Assembly: GCA_019057795.1 (NCBI GenBank) | Contig: JAHLWS010000065.1 | Span: forward strand, 123,486 to 187,485 | Direction of reading: 5' to 3' | Length of the DNA: 64,000 nt | DNA from: Promethearchaeota archaeon | Lineage (GTDB): Archaea > Asgardarchaeota > Lokiarchaeia > Sigyniarchaeales > SOKP01 | Shown here: positions 26,420-36,917 of the stretch, one piece after another | Layout: every line of letters begins with the position of its first letter | Numbering within the stretch: the stretch's first letter is position 1 | The notes under the pieces: generated by a model | Database searches by the model: none | Seen by the model: only the letters and a program-made list of their open reading frames with translations | Told to the model about the DNA's origin: nothing | Position numbers and translations under genes: made by a program

Positions 26420-28581
26420 AAAAAGTAATTGATTCAAAAAAAATTTCTGAACTATTTGGAATAGGCTCAGATATTTATAACGAGATCACTAATTTTCTTG
26501 AAAAACAAGCGAAATTAGACGAATTAGAATTCAAAAAGAAATATCAGCTTTGGAAATCGATTTTTAAACGCATTTATGGTAAAGATATTGATCATTTTCT
26601 TTTTCTAAAACATTCCTACTTCGCACTGATTCTAAAGCTTTTAGTAGTGAGAAAACTAAACGCTCAAGGAAAAGAAAATCTTAAAAAATTTTATCCGGAT
26701 CAGAACTTAAGTGAATTAAAATATTTTTTTTGTCCAGATCTCAAAAAAGATGTTATCAACCAATTACACATATTATTAAAAGATTCTCGTTTTGCCTATC
26801 ATGATCTCTTCCAAAAATTGTATCAGCAAGTTTTCTTTATTATAACTAGGCACAAATTAGGAGAATTCTATACTCCACCTAAACTTGCTAAAAAAATGAT
26901 TGACGATTTTTACCAAATGGGAGTAAAGACTTTAGATCCTTCTTGCGGTTCTGGTGGTTTTTTAATAGAGATCATTATTAAAATTCTCAATTCCAATGTT
27001 AAAAAAAATGTAAAATTTGATGCGATTGAAAACATATACGGCTTTGATATTAACCTATTAGCAACCTTGACAGCTAAGGTAAATATATTATTGTTACTTT
27101 TCGATTATTACAATGCAGAAAACGATAAACTCCCCAAAATAAATATTTTTCTAATAGACGCTCTTTTTCCCGACCAGAATAAAGAAAACCTAAAGATAAA
27201 TTTATCGGAGCTTTACCATTCGTTTGACTTAGTTATTGGAAACCCTCCTTGGTTAACTTATAAAGACATTTTCAATAAAGCGTACCAAATAAAGATTAGA
27301 ACGCTGTCTGAAATGTTAGGAATAAAGCCCCAAAGTCAGTACATCACCCACATTGAACTAGCATCAATTTTTTTTTACGCGATCCCATTAACATTCTTAA
27401 AAATTGGAGGAAGTATATTTTTTGTTCTTACTAAGAGTATTTTAAACGGAGATCACTGCTATAAGTTCCGCGCGTTTTCAATTTTTAATAAGATTGAAAT
27501 ATGGGATTTTCCAAACAATTATTTCTTTAACGTAGAGCATATTTGCCTAAAAGCGAAATATATTGGAAAAAGTTCTGAAATTCCAATTTCCGAAAAATAC
27601 CCAATTAAAACTCAAATTTACGATAACGCTCTTGAACTTCAACGGGTAACAAATTACTCTAGTTTAGACTTCAACGAGAAGGGAGCAAAAATTATTTTAC
27701 CAGAAAAAGATCTAAATTTCTTAAATACGCTTTCAGAAAGTCAATACAGGCGTAAATTCTTTCAAGGGGCGACTTTGGTACCTCGAGCGCTTGTTTTTTT
27801 TAAAATAGACGAGAAAAATGAAGAATATCTACAAATTTCTTCCGATCCTGAAGTTAAAAAACGCGCTAAGAAAAATTGGAAGTATTCTTTTCAAAATAAA
27901 AAAATTGAAAGCAAATTCAATTTTAAGGCTTTTTTAAACAAAGATTTAATACCATTCTGTATAAAGCGATTTAAACGTGTTTTTTTACCAATTAACGAGA
28001 ATTTTGAATTCGACGAGACCTTCCTTAGGAATAATCCAAAAGCTTTAGACTTTTACGATGAGCTTAATAAATTTTACCAAGAAAACAAACGAGAAACGAG
28101 CGAGATAGATAATCTTTTTTCAAACTTGAATTATTGGAATAAATTAACGAAGCAAATAAATAACAAACAATATATCGTTGTATACAACGCAAGTGGTTCC
28201 CGTCTGAAATCGGCAGTTATCGATAACGAAGAAAAGGAAATAATAATTTGTTCAGAAAATTACTACTATTCCACCAATTCACAGAACGAGGCGCATTATC
28301 TATCGGCAATTTTCAACTCTCCAATACTTTCGAAAAATATTAAGCTCATAAAATCGAGTAGACACATTCATAAAAGACCTTTCTCTTTTCCAATACCATT
28401 ATTCGACGAACAGAACGACCTCCATAGAAAATTAGCAAAAAAAAGCCAAAAATATCATACCATAGTACAAGATTTGGTATTCAACAACCCAAAAATAACT
28501 CCTGAGAAAGTTAGAACCTTTATCTACCCGAAGTTAATGAAACTCGATAGCTTGACTAAAGAAGTAGTTTTTAAGATTTAA
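26398..28581 (+). CDS. N6-adenine DNA methyltransferase with target-recognition domain (type IIG-like, no obvious nuclease domain)
   Basis: GEFYTP, LDPSCGSGGF, GFDIN, IGNPPW. Confidence 0.9.
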   Translation: MVENEKVEKVIDSKKISELFGIGSDIYNEITNFLEKQAKLDELEFKKKYQLWKSIFKRIYGKDIDHFLFLKHSYFALILKLLVVRKLNAQGKENLKKFYPDQNLSELKYFFCPDLKKDVINQLHILLKDSRFAYHDLFQKLYQQVFFIITRHKLGEFYTPPKLAKKMIDDFYQMGVKTLDPSCGSGGFLIEIIIKILNSNVKKNVKFDAIENIYGFDINLLATLTAKVNILLLLFDYYNAENDKLPKINIFLIDALFPDQNKENLKINLSELYHSFDLVIGNPPWLTYKDIFNKAYQIKIRTLSEMLGIKPQSQYITHIELASIFFYAIPLTFLKIGGSIFFVLTKSILNGDHCYKFRAFSIFNKIEIWDFPNNYFFNVEHICLKAKYIGKSSEIPISEKYPIKTQIYDNALELQRVTNYSSLDFNEKGAKIILPEKDLNFLNTLSESQYRRKFFQGATLVPRALVFFKIDEKNEEYLQISSDPEVKKRAKKNWKYSFQNKKIESKFNFKAFLNKDLIPFCIKRFKRVFLPINENFEFDETFLRNNPKALDFYDELNKFYQENKRETSEIDNLFSNLNYWNKLTKQINNKQYIVVYNASGSRLKSAVIDNEEKEIIICSENYYYSTNSQNEAHYLSAIFNSPILSKNIKLIKSSRHIHKRPFSFPIPLFDEQNDLHRKLAKKSQKYHTIVQDLVFNNPKITPEKVRTFIYPKLMKLDSLTKEVVFKI

Positions 28582-28711
28582 TTGTATATTAAATTAATTC
28601 AATATACTATTTTTATCAAAAATTTGAATTTTAGAAAAGTTTATCTTTCATAAAGATATTATATACTTGAATAAGAGTGAAAAAGAAAGCATTTTTTAGT
28701 GAATAAATAAA

Positions 28712-29857
28712 TTGACTTTTACAGAATTAGGAATTAACGAACATAGCGTTAATGAATTAAAAAAACTTGAAATAGTAAAACCTACACCTGTCCAACAGAA
28801 GGCTATTCCTTTAATTTTAAAGGGCCAAAATATTATGGCTCAAGCGAGAACGGGTAGTGGTAAAACTTTAGCTTTTGTACTTCCAATAATAGAAAGACTG
28901 AAATATAAGCGTAATGAAGCATTAATTTTAGTCCCAACTAGAGAGTTAGCAAATCAAATATACGAAGTAATTAGAGATTTGGGAACAAGAGTAAAAGCAT
29001 TTCCGATTTATGGCGGAGTTTCTATAAATAATCAAATAAATAAACTAGAAAACGGCATAAATATAATCATTGGAACTCCTGGAAGAATAATTGATTTATA
29101 CAAAAGAAGAAAGTTAAGATTAAATGAAATTAGGTTTGTTGTTGTTGATGAAGCTGATAGAATGTTTGACATGGGTTTCACTCCAGATGTGAAATACATT
29201 TTAAATCAAATACATTCGGAATACCAATTCATGCTCTTCTCTGCAACTTTTGACAACAGAATCAGAGAATTAGTGAAAAAATATTCGAAAAACAGTTTCG
29301 AATTTTTAAACTTGAGCAGAGATAATTTGACTGTTGGAAATACAAAACAGTTCTATTATCTGATAGACAGATATGGAGATAAACTAAAAACTTTCCTTAA
29401 AATACTGCGGAGAGAAAAACCAGATCACCTTCTAGTCTTCGTAAACACGAAAAGAACTGCGTCTTGGTTGAGCAAGAGGTTAAAATCGTTAGATAATTTC
29501 ATGTATAACGTGGATCTCATTTCTGGAGACTTATCTCAATATCAAAGAGAAAAAATTTTAAAAGCTTTTAAAGCGCATAAGATTAACCTACTCATTGCCA
29601 CAGATGTTGCAGCTAGAGGTTTGGATATCAATAATATTTCGCATGTTTTTAATTACGACATTCCAAAGTTCCCAGAGAATTATGTCCATAGAATTGGGAG
29701 AACTTCTCGCATGAATAAACGCGGAGTTGCAATTACACTCTGTTTAAAAGACGAATACGAATATCTTTGTCACATCGAAGGATTGATCGATAAGGAAATT
29801 AAGGAAAAAACCATATTTTCTCAACAAAATACTCAATATCATAACCCCTTTTACTAA
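28712..29857 (+). CDS. DEAD-box RNA helicase (minimal core)
   Basis: Q motif, ARTGSGKT, PTRELA, DEAD, SAT, ARGLD, HRIGRTSR. Confidence 0.97.
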   Translation: MTFTELGINEHSVNELKKLEIVKPTPVQQKAIPLILKGQNIMAQARTGSGKTLAFVLPIIERLKYKRNEALILVPTRELANQIYEVIRDLGTRVKAFPIYGGVSINNQINKLENGINIIIGTPGRIIDLYKRRKLRLNEIRFVVVDEADRMFDMGFTPDVKYILNQIHSEYQFMLFSATFDNRIRELVKKYSKNSFEFLNLSRDNLTVGNTKQFYYLIDRYGDKLKTFLKILRREKPDHLLVFVNTKRTASWLSKRLKSLDNFMYNVDLISGDLSQYQREKILKAFKAHKINLLIATDVAARGLDINNISHVFNYDIPKFPENYVHRIGRTSRMNKRGVAITLCLKDEYEYLCHIEGLIDKEIKEKTIFSQQNTQYHNPFY

Positions 29858-30077
29858 AGCTAAATTTGAATGTATTATCTTTTTCTTAACAAAAAAACTT
29901 CAAATTTTATTCGTGATATATGGATACTAGAATTAATTACATTCAGTTAGAATTAATTGAATTATTAAGAATAGCAAAGTTTTTGATTTGCAAAATTTAA
30001 TATATATTAAGTATTATTAGTTCTATAATTCTATAAAATCAAACTTGACTTTTTAATTATAATCGAGGTTTTAATCA

Positions 30078-30692
30078 ATGCCAAGCAGACGAGGAGATGG
30101 AACGCTTGTTTTTAAAATTTGTTTTTACGGTCCTTCGCTCGGTGGAAAAACTACGGCACTAGAATGGGTTTACCATCGCGAGGGATTGGCCAGTGGGGAC
30201 ATGCAACAAATTCAGGACCCTACTGGACGAACATTATTTTTTGATCGGGTAGTTGCAAGAGTATCTAATGTAGTCTTTCAGGTTTACACTGTAGCAGGGC
30301 AAAGGCGCCACAAATTCCAACGCCAGACCGTTTTGAAGGGTACAGATGCCGTGATCTTCACTTTCGATTCCCTAATTGACCAATGGAGTGAGAATATATG
30401 GTCATTAAAAGAACTATTGAAGTTTTACGGTGATAAATTAATTCCACCAGCCCTTTTTGACCCACCAGAAGTACCACTGGTAGTGTTAGCCAATAAGAGA
30501 GATCTTGAAGACATCGTCGAGATATCAAAAATTAGACAGGTTTTAGATACCGCCAAGATGAACCACACCTTGATTTACGAAACTATCGCTATTACGGGAG
30601 TAAATGTAAAAAGAGCATTTGTATTTGCAGCCAGACAAGCTGTGCTTAACCACTACAAAAAATTGAGTGGTAAAGCTATGGAAAGCGAATAA
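30078..30692 (+). CDS. MglA-like small GTPase
   Basis: GPSLGGKTT, GRTLFFD, YTVAGQ, ANKRD. Confidence 0.9.
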   Translation: MPSRRGDGTLVFKICFYGPSLGGKTTALEWVYHREGLASGDMQQIQDPTGRTLFFDRVVARVSNVVFQVYTVAGQRRHKFQRQTVLKGTDAVIFTFDSLIDQWSENIWSLKELLKFYGDKLIPPALFDPPEVPLVVLANKRDLEDIVEISKIRQVLDTAKMNHTLIYETIAITGVNVKRAFVFAARQAVLNHYKKLSGKAMESE

Positions 30693-30816
30693 TCAGACCT
30701 TAATTTTAAAATTTTTTTAAGTCTAAATTTTAATAATACTCTTAAGCTCAACTCATTTACTTTATCAGCTAGGATTTTATCAGCTTTGTGTTCTAACTCT
30801 TCGTATTTTAAATATT

Positions 30817-31371
30817 TTATAAATATTTAATTTTAGGTTCTACTTTCTCTTTTGAAATTCTCAAATAACCGTATGAACTAATTACTGTAAATTTATTATC
30901 GATAGGAGTTGTTGTTCCTGGATTTAAAAATAAGATATCGTGGTGTATCTCATTAACGGGCCTATGAGTATGGCCAAAAATTACAATGTTATAATCAGAA
31001 TTAAGCAAGTCTAATTTTTTAATTAACCGTTTAACGATTATATTTGGACCGCCCATCCCATGTAACATTAATATTTTATGACCGAATAATTCAAATTCCT
31101 GCTTTTCAGGAAGCGTTTCTTTTAGTTTTGAGTCAAAATCCATGTTGCCGAGAACCGCAATTACTTTTTTTTCGCTAAAAGTATCGATAAGAGCTTTATA
31201 TACTTTATACGAAACGAAATCCCCCATATGAAATACATAATCCACATTCCTTTTCTTAAAGTCATCAATAATGACCTGTGGAATTTCATTAGTTCTTTGG
31301 GGAATGTGTGTGTCAGACAATAGACCAATCAACAATTCTTCTTTATCAGTTGTAATCATGAGAAACACCAA
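30817..31371 (-). CDS. metallophosphoesterase (YfcE/MJ0936/Vps29-like)
   Basis: SDTH, HMGD, GNMD, HG, GHTH, NPG. Confidence 0.92.
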   Translation of the reverse strand: MVFLMITTDKEELLIGLLSDTHIPQRTNEIPQVIIDDFKKRNVDYVFHMGDFVSYKVYKALIDTFSEKKVIAVLGNMDFDSKLKETLPEKQEFELFGHKILMLHGMGGPNIIVKRLIKKLDLLNSDYNIVIFGHTHRPVNEIHHDILFLNPGTTTPIDNKFTVISSYGYLRISKEKVEPKIKYL

Positions 31372-31400
31372 AAATAATGGAAAAATGAAATTATTTATTT

Positions 31401-32288
31401 TTATTTAATGAAACCTGCAGCTTTTAAAGCTTTAATATTTTGCACAATAAGCCAATGTATTCCCCCAAGATTTTCTTTGGGAAATATTTTTGAATTGGGG
31501 ATGATGTGTTCTTGATATTTTTCAGTTACGTAATCAGCATTCGGATTTTCATTATACCATTTTATGATCGAATCTTTCACATTGAAGTATTTGGCTTTAA
31601 GACCATCTAAAAAACTCTGAAAATCATCACCACTATACACACCGAAGTGGGCAAGAGAGATAGATTCCAATTGATCTTTCATTCCTTGAAGTTTATCAAA
31701 TGAATTCAATAATGATTGTTCATCAAAATGTGGTCCAAATAGTACGGGGAAATAAGTCTCATTGTCAAAGTGATCCATGATCGCATCTCCTACGATGATG
31801 TTTTTATGTACCTTATCATATACGCCAATTGAATCTTGCGTGTGCCCAAAAAGTTCGTAAATGCTAAGTTCAAACCCATTCAAATCAATAGTATCATTTT
31901 TCTTCAACGAAGTTACGTTTTCTATAGGTTCTACTGTATACTCAAAAAATTTGTTCATTTCCTCAGGATCTTTTAAAATGCCAAGAGCATTTTCATGTGC
32001 CAATATTTCAACATCTTCGCCCTCCATTTGTTTTAAGATTCGAGGGAGTGCTTGAATATGGTCCCAATGCGCGTGAGTAAGTAGGATCTTATGGATTGGG
32101 AAAAGTTCTAAGGCTTTAAGCTTTTTGACGATCTTTCTTGCAGCCAACATTTCTCCAACATCAATTAACATCCGCATTCCATCATTTTCTAAAAGATACA
32201 ATGATAAAGTCCCCTTAAGCTTCATGAATTCTGCATCTATCAAGTATGAATTTTCGTTAAACTTACCTTCTTTATTAAAATGACCCAT
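31401..32288 (-). CDS. metallo-beta-lactamase fold hydrolase
   Basis: THAHWDH, GHTQD, GD, AHFG. Confidence 0.92.
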   Translation of the reverse strand: MGHFNKEGKFNENSYLIDAEFMKLKGTLSLYLLENDGMRMLIDVGEMLAARKIVKKLKALELFPIHKILLTHAHWDHIQALPRILKQMEGEDVEILAHENALGILKDPEEMNKFFEYTVEPIENVTSLKKNDTIDLNGFELSIYELFGHTQDSIGVYDKVHKNIIVGDAIMDHFDNETYFPVLFGPHFDEQSLLNSFDKLQGMKDQLESISLAHFGVYSGDDFQSFLDGLKAKYFNVKDSIIKWYNENPNADYVTEKYQEHIIPNSKIFPKENLGGIHWLIVQNIKALKAAGFIK

Positions 32289-32382
32289 AATAAAATCCTT
32301 AATCTAAAATTAAGTTTCTTTAAGATGAATTAGATGTCTTGATATAAAAACATTGATGAATTGAATTAAAGAGATATTTTTT

Positions 32383-33309
32383 CTATTCTTCTTGAGAGTC
32401 TTGCTTTCTCATTCTAAATTTAACGACTCTAAGCGCAAAATTTACGATTTCTTCTACGGTGTTCCATCGTCCTTCGTCAAGTTTTTCTTTTATCCAATAA
32501 TATAGATCTTGTTCTATGGGAATAGTCGTGTATATGGGTTGCGATAACTGCGCTTCTTGAGAATGAGCTTTATTCATAAGCCAAGAGATTACATTAGAAA
32601 TTAATTTAAAGTTGTCAGCAGCGTGAATGCCGTATAAATCGTGGAAGCTAGAAAAAAGAGACAAGTTCCCTATAGCTACGATTTTTCCCATGCTATAATG
32701 TCCAATTGCGATTATTGGTAAACTTTTGACAGGTTCATCAACCCATTCTTCTCCATCAAAATATTTGTGCCAAGCAGACTCTTCAGAGGAGATTGCGACT
32801 GCGCTAACATCAATATCTTCATTTTCAACTGATTTATCAATTTCTAAAGTACAGCCTACAGAATGAATAATTTGAGTGATATCTCGAGTTATAAAGTGTT
32901 TTTTGAATTCTTTAATTATCGGACGTGAATTATCTTTCGAGAAATTTTCGTTATCAAATAGCTGATCGTGGTTGAATTTAATTCCAAAATGTTTTGTTAA
33001 CTCGGATAAATTATTTTTGTTCTCGTGGTCTCCTCCTTTATCGTTTACAATTAGAAGAGACCCTCCATCTTTAACGTATTTCAATAAATCCTCAATCTCT
33101 TCCAGAGTTAAATAAGATTCAGCAATTGGAACACCTATAATAAATACATTATAAGCAGATAATTTTTCGTAAGTAATTCCCGCTTCAATTTTTCCCAATT
33201 TTAAATCCGAATTAAATAGAAATTCAATAAAATCGGTGAATCCGGGGTCTTCTATTATTAACTTGTTTTTATGGGAATAATCAAAACCAATATTATATTC
33301 AGTACTCAT
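32383..33309 (-). CDS. GATase-like (GIFT/IFT52/DUF4350-like) domain protein with RHH-like C-terminus
   Basis: FDYSH, EIEDLLKYVKDGGSLLI, NLSELTKHFGIKF, GKIVAIG...DNFKLISNVISWL. Confidence 0.65.
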   Translation of the reverse strand: MSTEYNIGFDYSHKNKLIIEDPGFTDFIEFLFNSDLKLGKIEAGITYEKLSAYNVFIIGVPIAESYLTLEEIEDLLKYVKDGGSLLIVNDKGGDHENKNNLSELTKHFGIKFNHDQLFDNENFSKDNSRPIIKEFKKHFITRDITQIIHSVGCTLEIDKSVENEDIDVSAVAISSEESAWHKYFDGEEWVDEPVKSLPIIAIGHYSMGKIVAIGNLSLFSSFHDLYGIHAADNFKLISNVISWLMNKAHSQEAQLSQPIYTTIPIEQDLYYWIKEKLDEGRWNTVEEIVNFALRVVKFRMRKQDSQEE

Positions 33310-33567
33310 AAATTAACACCCTTTGATATTGATATCACTTTAATATATCATATTATTTTATTATAATAAAAAATTATTTCTATTATACTAAAGAAGAAAA
33401 AAGAAATTTAAAAAATTGAAAATAATTTGAATCAAAAGATTTTATGTTTTTAGAAATATCTTCAAATCTAAACTTGGTAACTTTCCTTAATTAGATGGTT
33501 TTTGTATTCCCGTAAATTTTTGTGAATTAAAATTCAAATCAATTTCTCTCGATGATGTTTTTCAATT

Positions 33568-33708
33568 TTATATTATTTTTTGTTTTTCGAATTCTCTTCT
33601 TTCTTCTATACTCAACGATTCTAAGTACCTTTCCTTAATTGGCTGTTTTTGGTATTCTCTTAAATATTCCCAAACTTCTCGCTTCATTTGTATATTCTTA
33701 TTTTTCAT
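33568..33708 (-). CDS. small hypothetical protein (46 aa, not in ORF track)
   Basis: MKNKNIQMKREVWEYLREYQKQPIKERYLESLSIEERREFEKQKII; a degenerate partial copy lies downstream. Confidence 0.45.
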   Translation of the reverse strand: MKNKNIQMKREVWEYLREYQKQPIKERYLESLSIEERREFEKQKII

Positions 33709-34020
33709 TTAAGATTAGGCTCTATTTTTTTATAAAGAAAAATTAGATAAAATTATATATATTACTTTTGTAGACCAATTTTTTTAAGAGAATATGAATT
33801 TTATAATTTTCAATATTTTTAAAAGTTCAAGATTCAAAGAAAAGATGAGCTAGATTTCAGATTGGGTTAGGAAGGAAATTGAAATTATTCTGATTTAAAA
33901 AAAATAATAACTTACCTTCTCAATGCATATTGATTCAGTACGAATAAAATTGCACTCCTTGAATTTGATATCAAACTAATATGTGATATTATTTTATTAG
34001 ATTAAAAATTTATTTCTATT

Positions 34021-34380
34021 ATGATAAAAAAGAATTATAAAGAAGTGGAAAACAAAGAAGCGACATTAACAGATGGCACTCCAGTTAAAAACGTTTATGT
34101 TAGGTGGGTAATTAACAAAGAAGATGATGGAGCTCAAAACTTCGCCATGAGGCGATTTGAAATTAGACCAGATACTAAAGTACCCCTTCACAATCACCCC
34201 CAAGACCATGAAATCTACATTTTAAGCGGAAAAGGAAAGTTTTACGACGATTCTGGTAAGGAAGAAATAGTTGGGAGCGGAGATGTGTTGTATATCCCTC
34301 CTTTTGAGAAACATGGAATAGATAATCTTAGTGAAGACGATCTAGTCTTCATATGCCTTATTCCATATCTTAAAAAATAG
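34021..34380 (+). CDS. cupin domain protein
   Basis: FAMRRF...PLHNHPQDHEIYILSG...YIPPFEKHG. Confidence 0.92.
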   Translation: MIKKNYKEVENKEATLTDGTPVKNVYVRWVINKEDDGAQNFAMRRFEIRPDTKVPLHNHPQDHEIYILSGKGKFYDDSGKEEIVGSGDVLYIPPFEKHGIDNLSEDDLVFICLIPYLKK

Positions 34381-34403
34381 ACAACAAAAGAAAGTTAATC
34401 TTT

Positions 34404-36872
34404 TCATTTTTCTTCCTTATCGTCAATGAATGTTGCGCATTTACCTATAGCAACAACTGAGTCGTCTTTATATAGTTTTATTGCTCTAACTCCTTTTGCT
34501 TTTCTATGAGTTATCCTAATTGAATCCAATGGAAGTCTGATTACTTGTCCTTGTTCTGTGCCTATCAAGATATCCACCAATTTTCCCATTTTTATTGCAA
34601 TAACTTTGTCATTTTTTTCAAGATTTAATGAAATATTTTTTACTCCTTTAGCATTTCTCCCTGTTTTTCGATATTCTTTAAGAAAGGTTCTTTGTCCGTA
34701 GCCTTTTTCAGTTAGGGTTAGAATAATATTATCGTCAGTTACTAACAAACTATCGATTACTTCATCCCCTTTCCTTAACGAGGCTCCTTTCACGCCCATT
34801 GAGGTTCTTCCTAATTGTCTTAGCTCTGATTCGTCAAATCTTACTGCATAACCGAGTTTTGTTGCAATAAAAATATCTTGTAGCTCGTTTGAAAGTCTTT
34901 TTACGCTAATTAATTCATCATCTGGTCTTATTCGATGAGCTCGCACACCTGTTTTTTTAAATTTCGAGAATAACCTTAAAGGGCACTTCTTTATAATGCC
35001 CTTTTTAGTGGTCATAATGAGCATTTCATTAGTGTCAAAGTTATTAATTGGAATCATCGCTGATATGTTTTCCCCCGGTTGTAGGGCGACCAAATTTATG
35101 ATGGGTTTCCCTCTAGCCGTGCGCGTTTGTAATGGAAGTTCAAAACATTTCATGGAATATACTCTACCTTTGGAAGTAAAAATTAAGATCGTGTCGTGAG
35201 TTGAACAAACAAATAAATCGGTTATGAAATCTTCTTCACGAATAGTCATACCTTTTTTTCCGCGTCCGCCTCGCCTTTGAGCGTGGTAATCTTCTACAGA
35301 AATTCTTTTTATGTATTGGTTTTTAGTGAAGATTACAATTGTTGGCTCTTTTTTAATCAAATCTTTTCTTTTTAGTTCTCTAATATTTTGGTCTTCAATA
35401 ATCTCAATTCTTGTTTTTCTTTTATTGCCGTACTTTTTGTATAGTTCGGTCAATTCTTGCTTAATTATACTTAAACGGATTTTTTTGCTTTCTAATATCT
35501 TTTCTAATTCTGTGATACTTTTTTTCAAAGATTTTTCTTCGTCAACTAGTTTTTGTTGTTCTAAATTTGTTAATCTCGATAATGGCATACTCAATATTGC
35601 TTGAACTTGAATATCACTTAATATATATGCTATTTTCAATTTATTCTTTGCGTCGTTGGTATCACTAGCGCTTTTAATAATGTTTACAACATTGTCTATA
35701 TTATTTAAAGCGATTAGGAGACCCTCAACTTTATGAAGCCTACCTTTAGCTTTTTTGAGATGAAATTCCGTTCTTTTATTAATAATTTTAAGGCGGTGCT
35801 CAATATATTCTTCGATTAACTCTTTCAAATTAAGAATCTTAGGTTGTCTTCCTTCGTTTATTAATACTAAATTACTAATGTTAAATGTCGTTTGAAGCCT
35901 AGTTCTTTTAAATATGATATTTTTCAGTATAACGGGTTGAGCATTTTTAGATAATTCTATAACAATTCGCATACCTTTTCTATCAGATTCGTCTCTTAAA
36001 TCTCGAACATCTTTAAGTACTCCATCTTTTATAAGTTTGGCAATCGCTTCGATTAGGGTAGTTTTATTCACTAAATAAGGAATTTCAGAAATAATTAATC
36101 GATTTTTATTTCCTTTTGTTTCGACATCAACTGTTCCTCTTAAAGTTATATTGCCCATTCCAGTTGTATAAGCATTGTAAATACCATTCGTATCAATAAT
36201 GGTTCCTCCTGTTGGAAAGTCTGGTCCCTTTATAATTTCCATAAGTTCCTCAGTAGATATTACAGGATCGTCAACTGTTGCAATAATTCCTTGACAAATT
36301 TCCGTTAGGTTATGAGGAGCCATAGACGTAGCCATCCCAACTGCTATTCCTTTTGTTCCGTTGATTAGCATATTTGGTAACTTAGCAGGTAAAAAGGCAG
36401 GTTCTTTTAAGCTATCATCAAAATTTGGGACAAAGTCCACTGTTTCATTATCTAGATCTTCGATTAGTTCATTAGATATTTGTGCTAATCGTGCTTCAGT
36501 ATAACGCATAGCAGCAGGAGGGTCTCCATCGATCGAGCCGAAATTCCCTTGTGGATCGATTAACGGATATCTTAACGAAAAGTCTTGTCCCATACGAACT
36601 AATGTATTATACAACGCAGCGTCTCCATGAGGATGATACTTCCCCATAGTCTCGCCCACAATCCTCGCGGATTTCACATGTGCGTGATTGTAAAAATAAT
36701 TGTTATCGGCCATAGCGTAAATTATTCTACGATGTACAGGTTTTAACCCATCTCTCACGTCGGGAATCGCACGCCCAACAACAACGGACATGGCGTAATC
36801 TATATAACTACTTTTCATTTCCTCTTTTAATTCGATCTCTATAATATTCTCTGAAGTCATTTTTAATACCAA
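34404..36872 (-). CDS. gyrA: DNA gyrase subunit A
   Basis: DGLKPVHRR, HPHGD, AAMRYTE, GyrA-box QRRGGRG. Confidence 0.98.
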   Translation of the reverse strand: MVLKMTSENIIEIELKEEMKSSYIDYAMSVVVGRAIPDVRDGLKPVHRRIIYAMADNNYFYNHAHVKSARIVGETMGKYHPHGDAALYNTLVRMGQDFSLRYPLIDPQGNFGSIDGDPPAAMRYTEARLAQISNELIEDLDNETVDFVPNFDDSLKEPAFLPAKLPNMLINGTKGIAVGMATSMAPHNLTEICQGIIATVDDPVISTEELMEIIKGPDFPTGGTIIDTNGIYNAYTTGMGNITLRGTVDVETKGNKNRLIISEIPYLVNKTTLIEAIAKLIKDGVLKDVRDLRDESDRKGMRIVIELSKNAQPVILKNIIFKRTRLQTTFNISNLVLINEGRQPKILNLKELIEEYIEHRLKIINKRTEFHLKKAKGRLHKVEGLLIALNNIDNVVNIIKSASDTNDAKNKLKIAYILSDIQVQAILSMPLSRLTNLEQQKLVDEEKSLKKSITELEKILESKKIRLSIIKQELTELYKKYGNKRKTRIEIIEDQNIRELKRKDLIKKEPTIVIFTKNQYIKRISVEDYHAQRRGGRGKKGMTIREEDFITDLFVCSTHDTILIFTSKGRVYSMKCFELPLQTRTARGKPIINLVALQPGENISAMIPINNFDTNEMLIMTTKKGIIKKCPLRLFSKFKKTGVRAHRIRPDDELISVKRLSNELQDIFIATKLGYAVRFDESELRQLGRTSMGVKGASLRKGDEVIDSLLVTDDNIILTLTEKGYGQRTFLKEYRKTGRNAKGVKNISLNLEKNDKVIAIKMGKLVDILIGTEQGQVIRLPLDSIRITHRKAKGVRAIKLYKDDSVVAIGKCATFIDDKEEK

Positions 36873-36917
36873 ATCTATTTAATATTTAATAAAAAGATAA
36901 ATTACACACATCAAATA

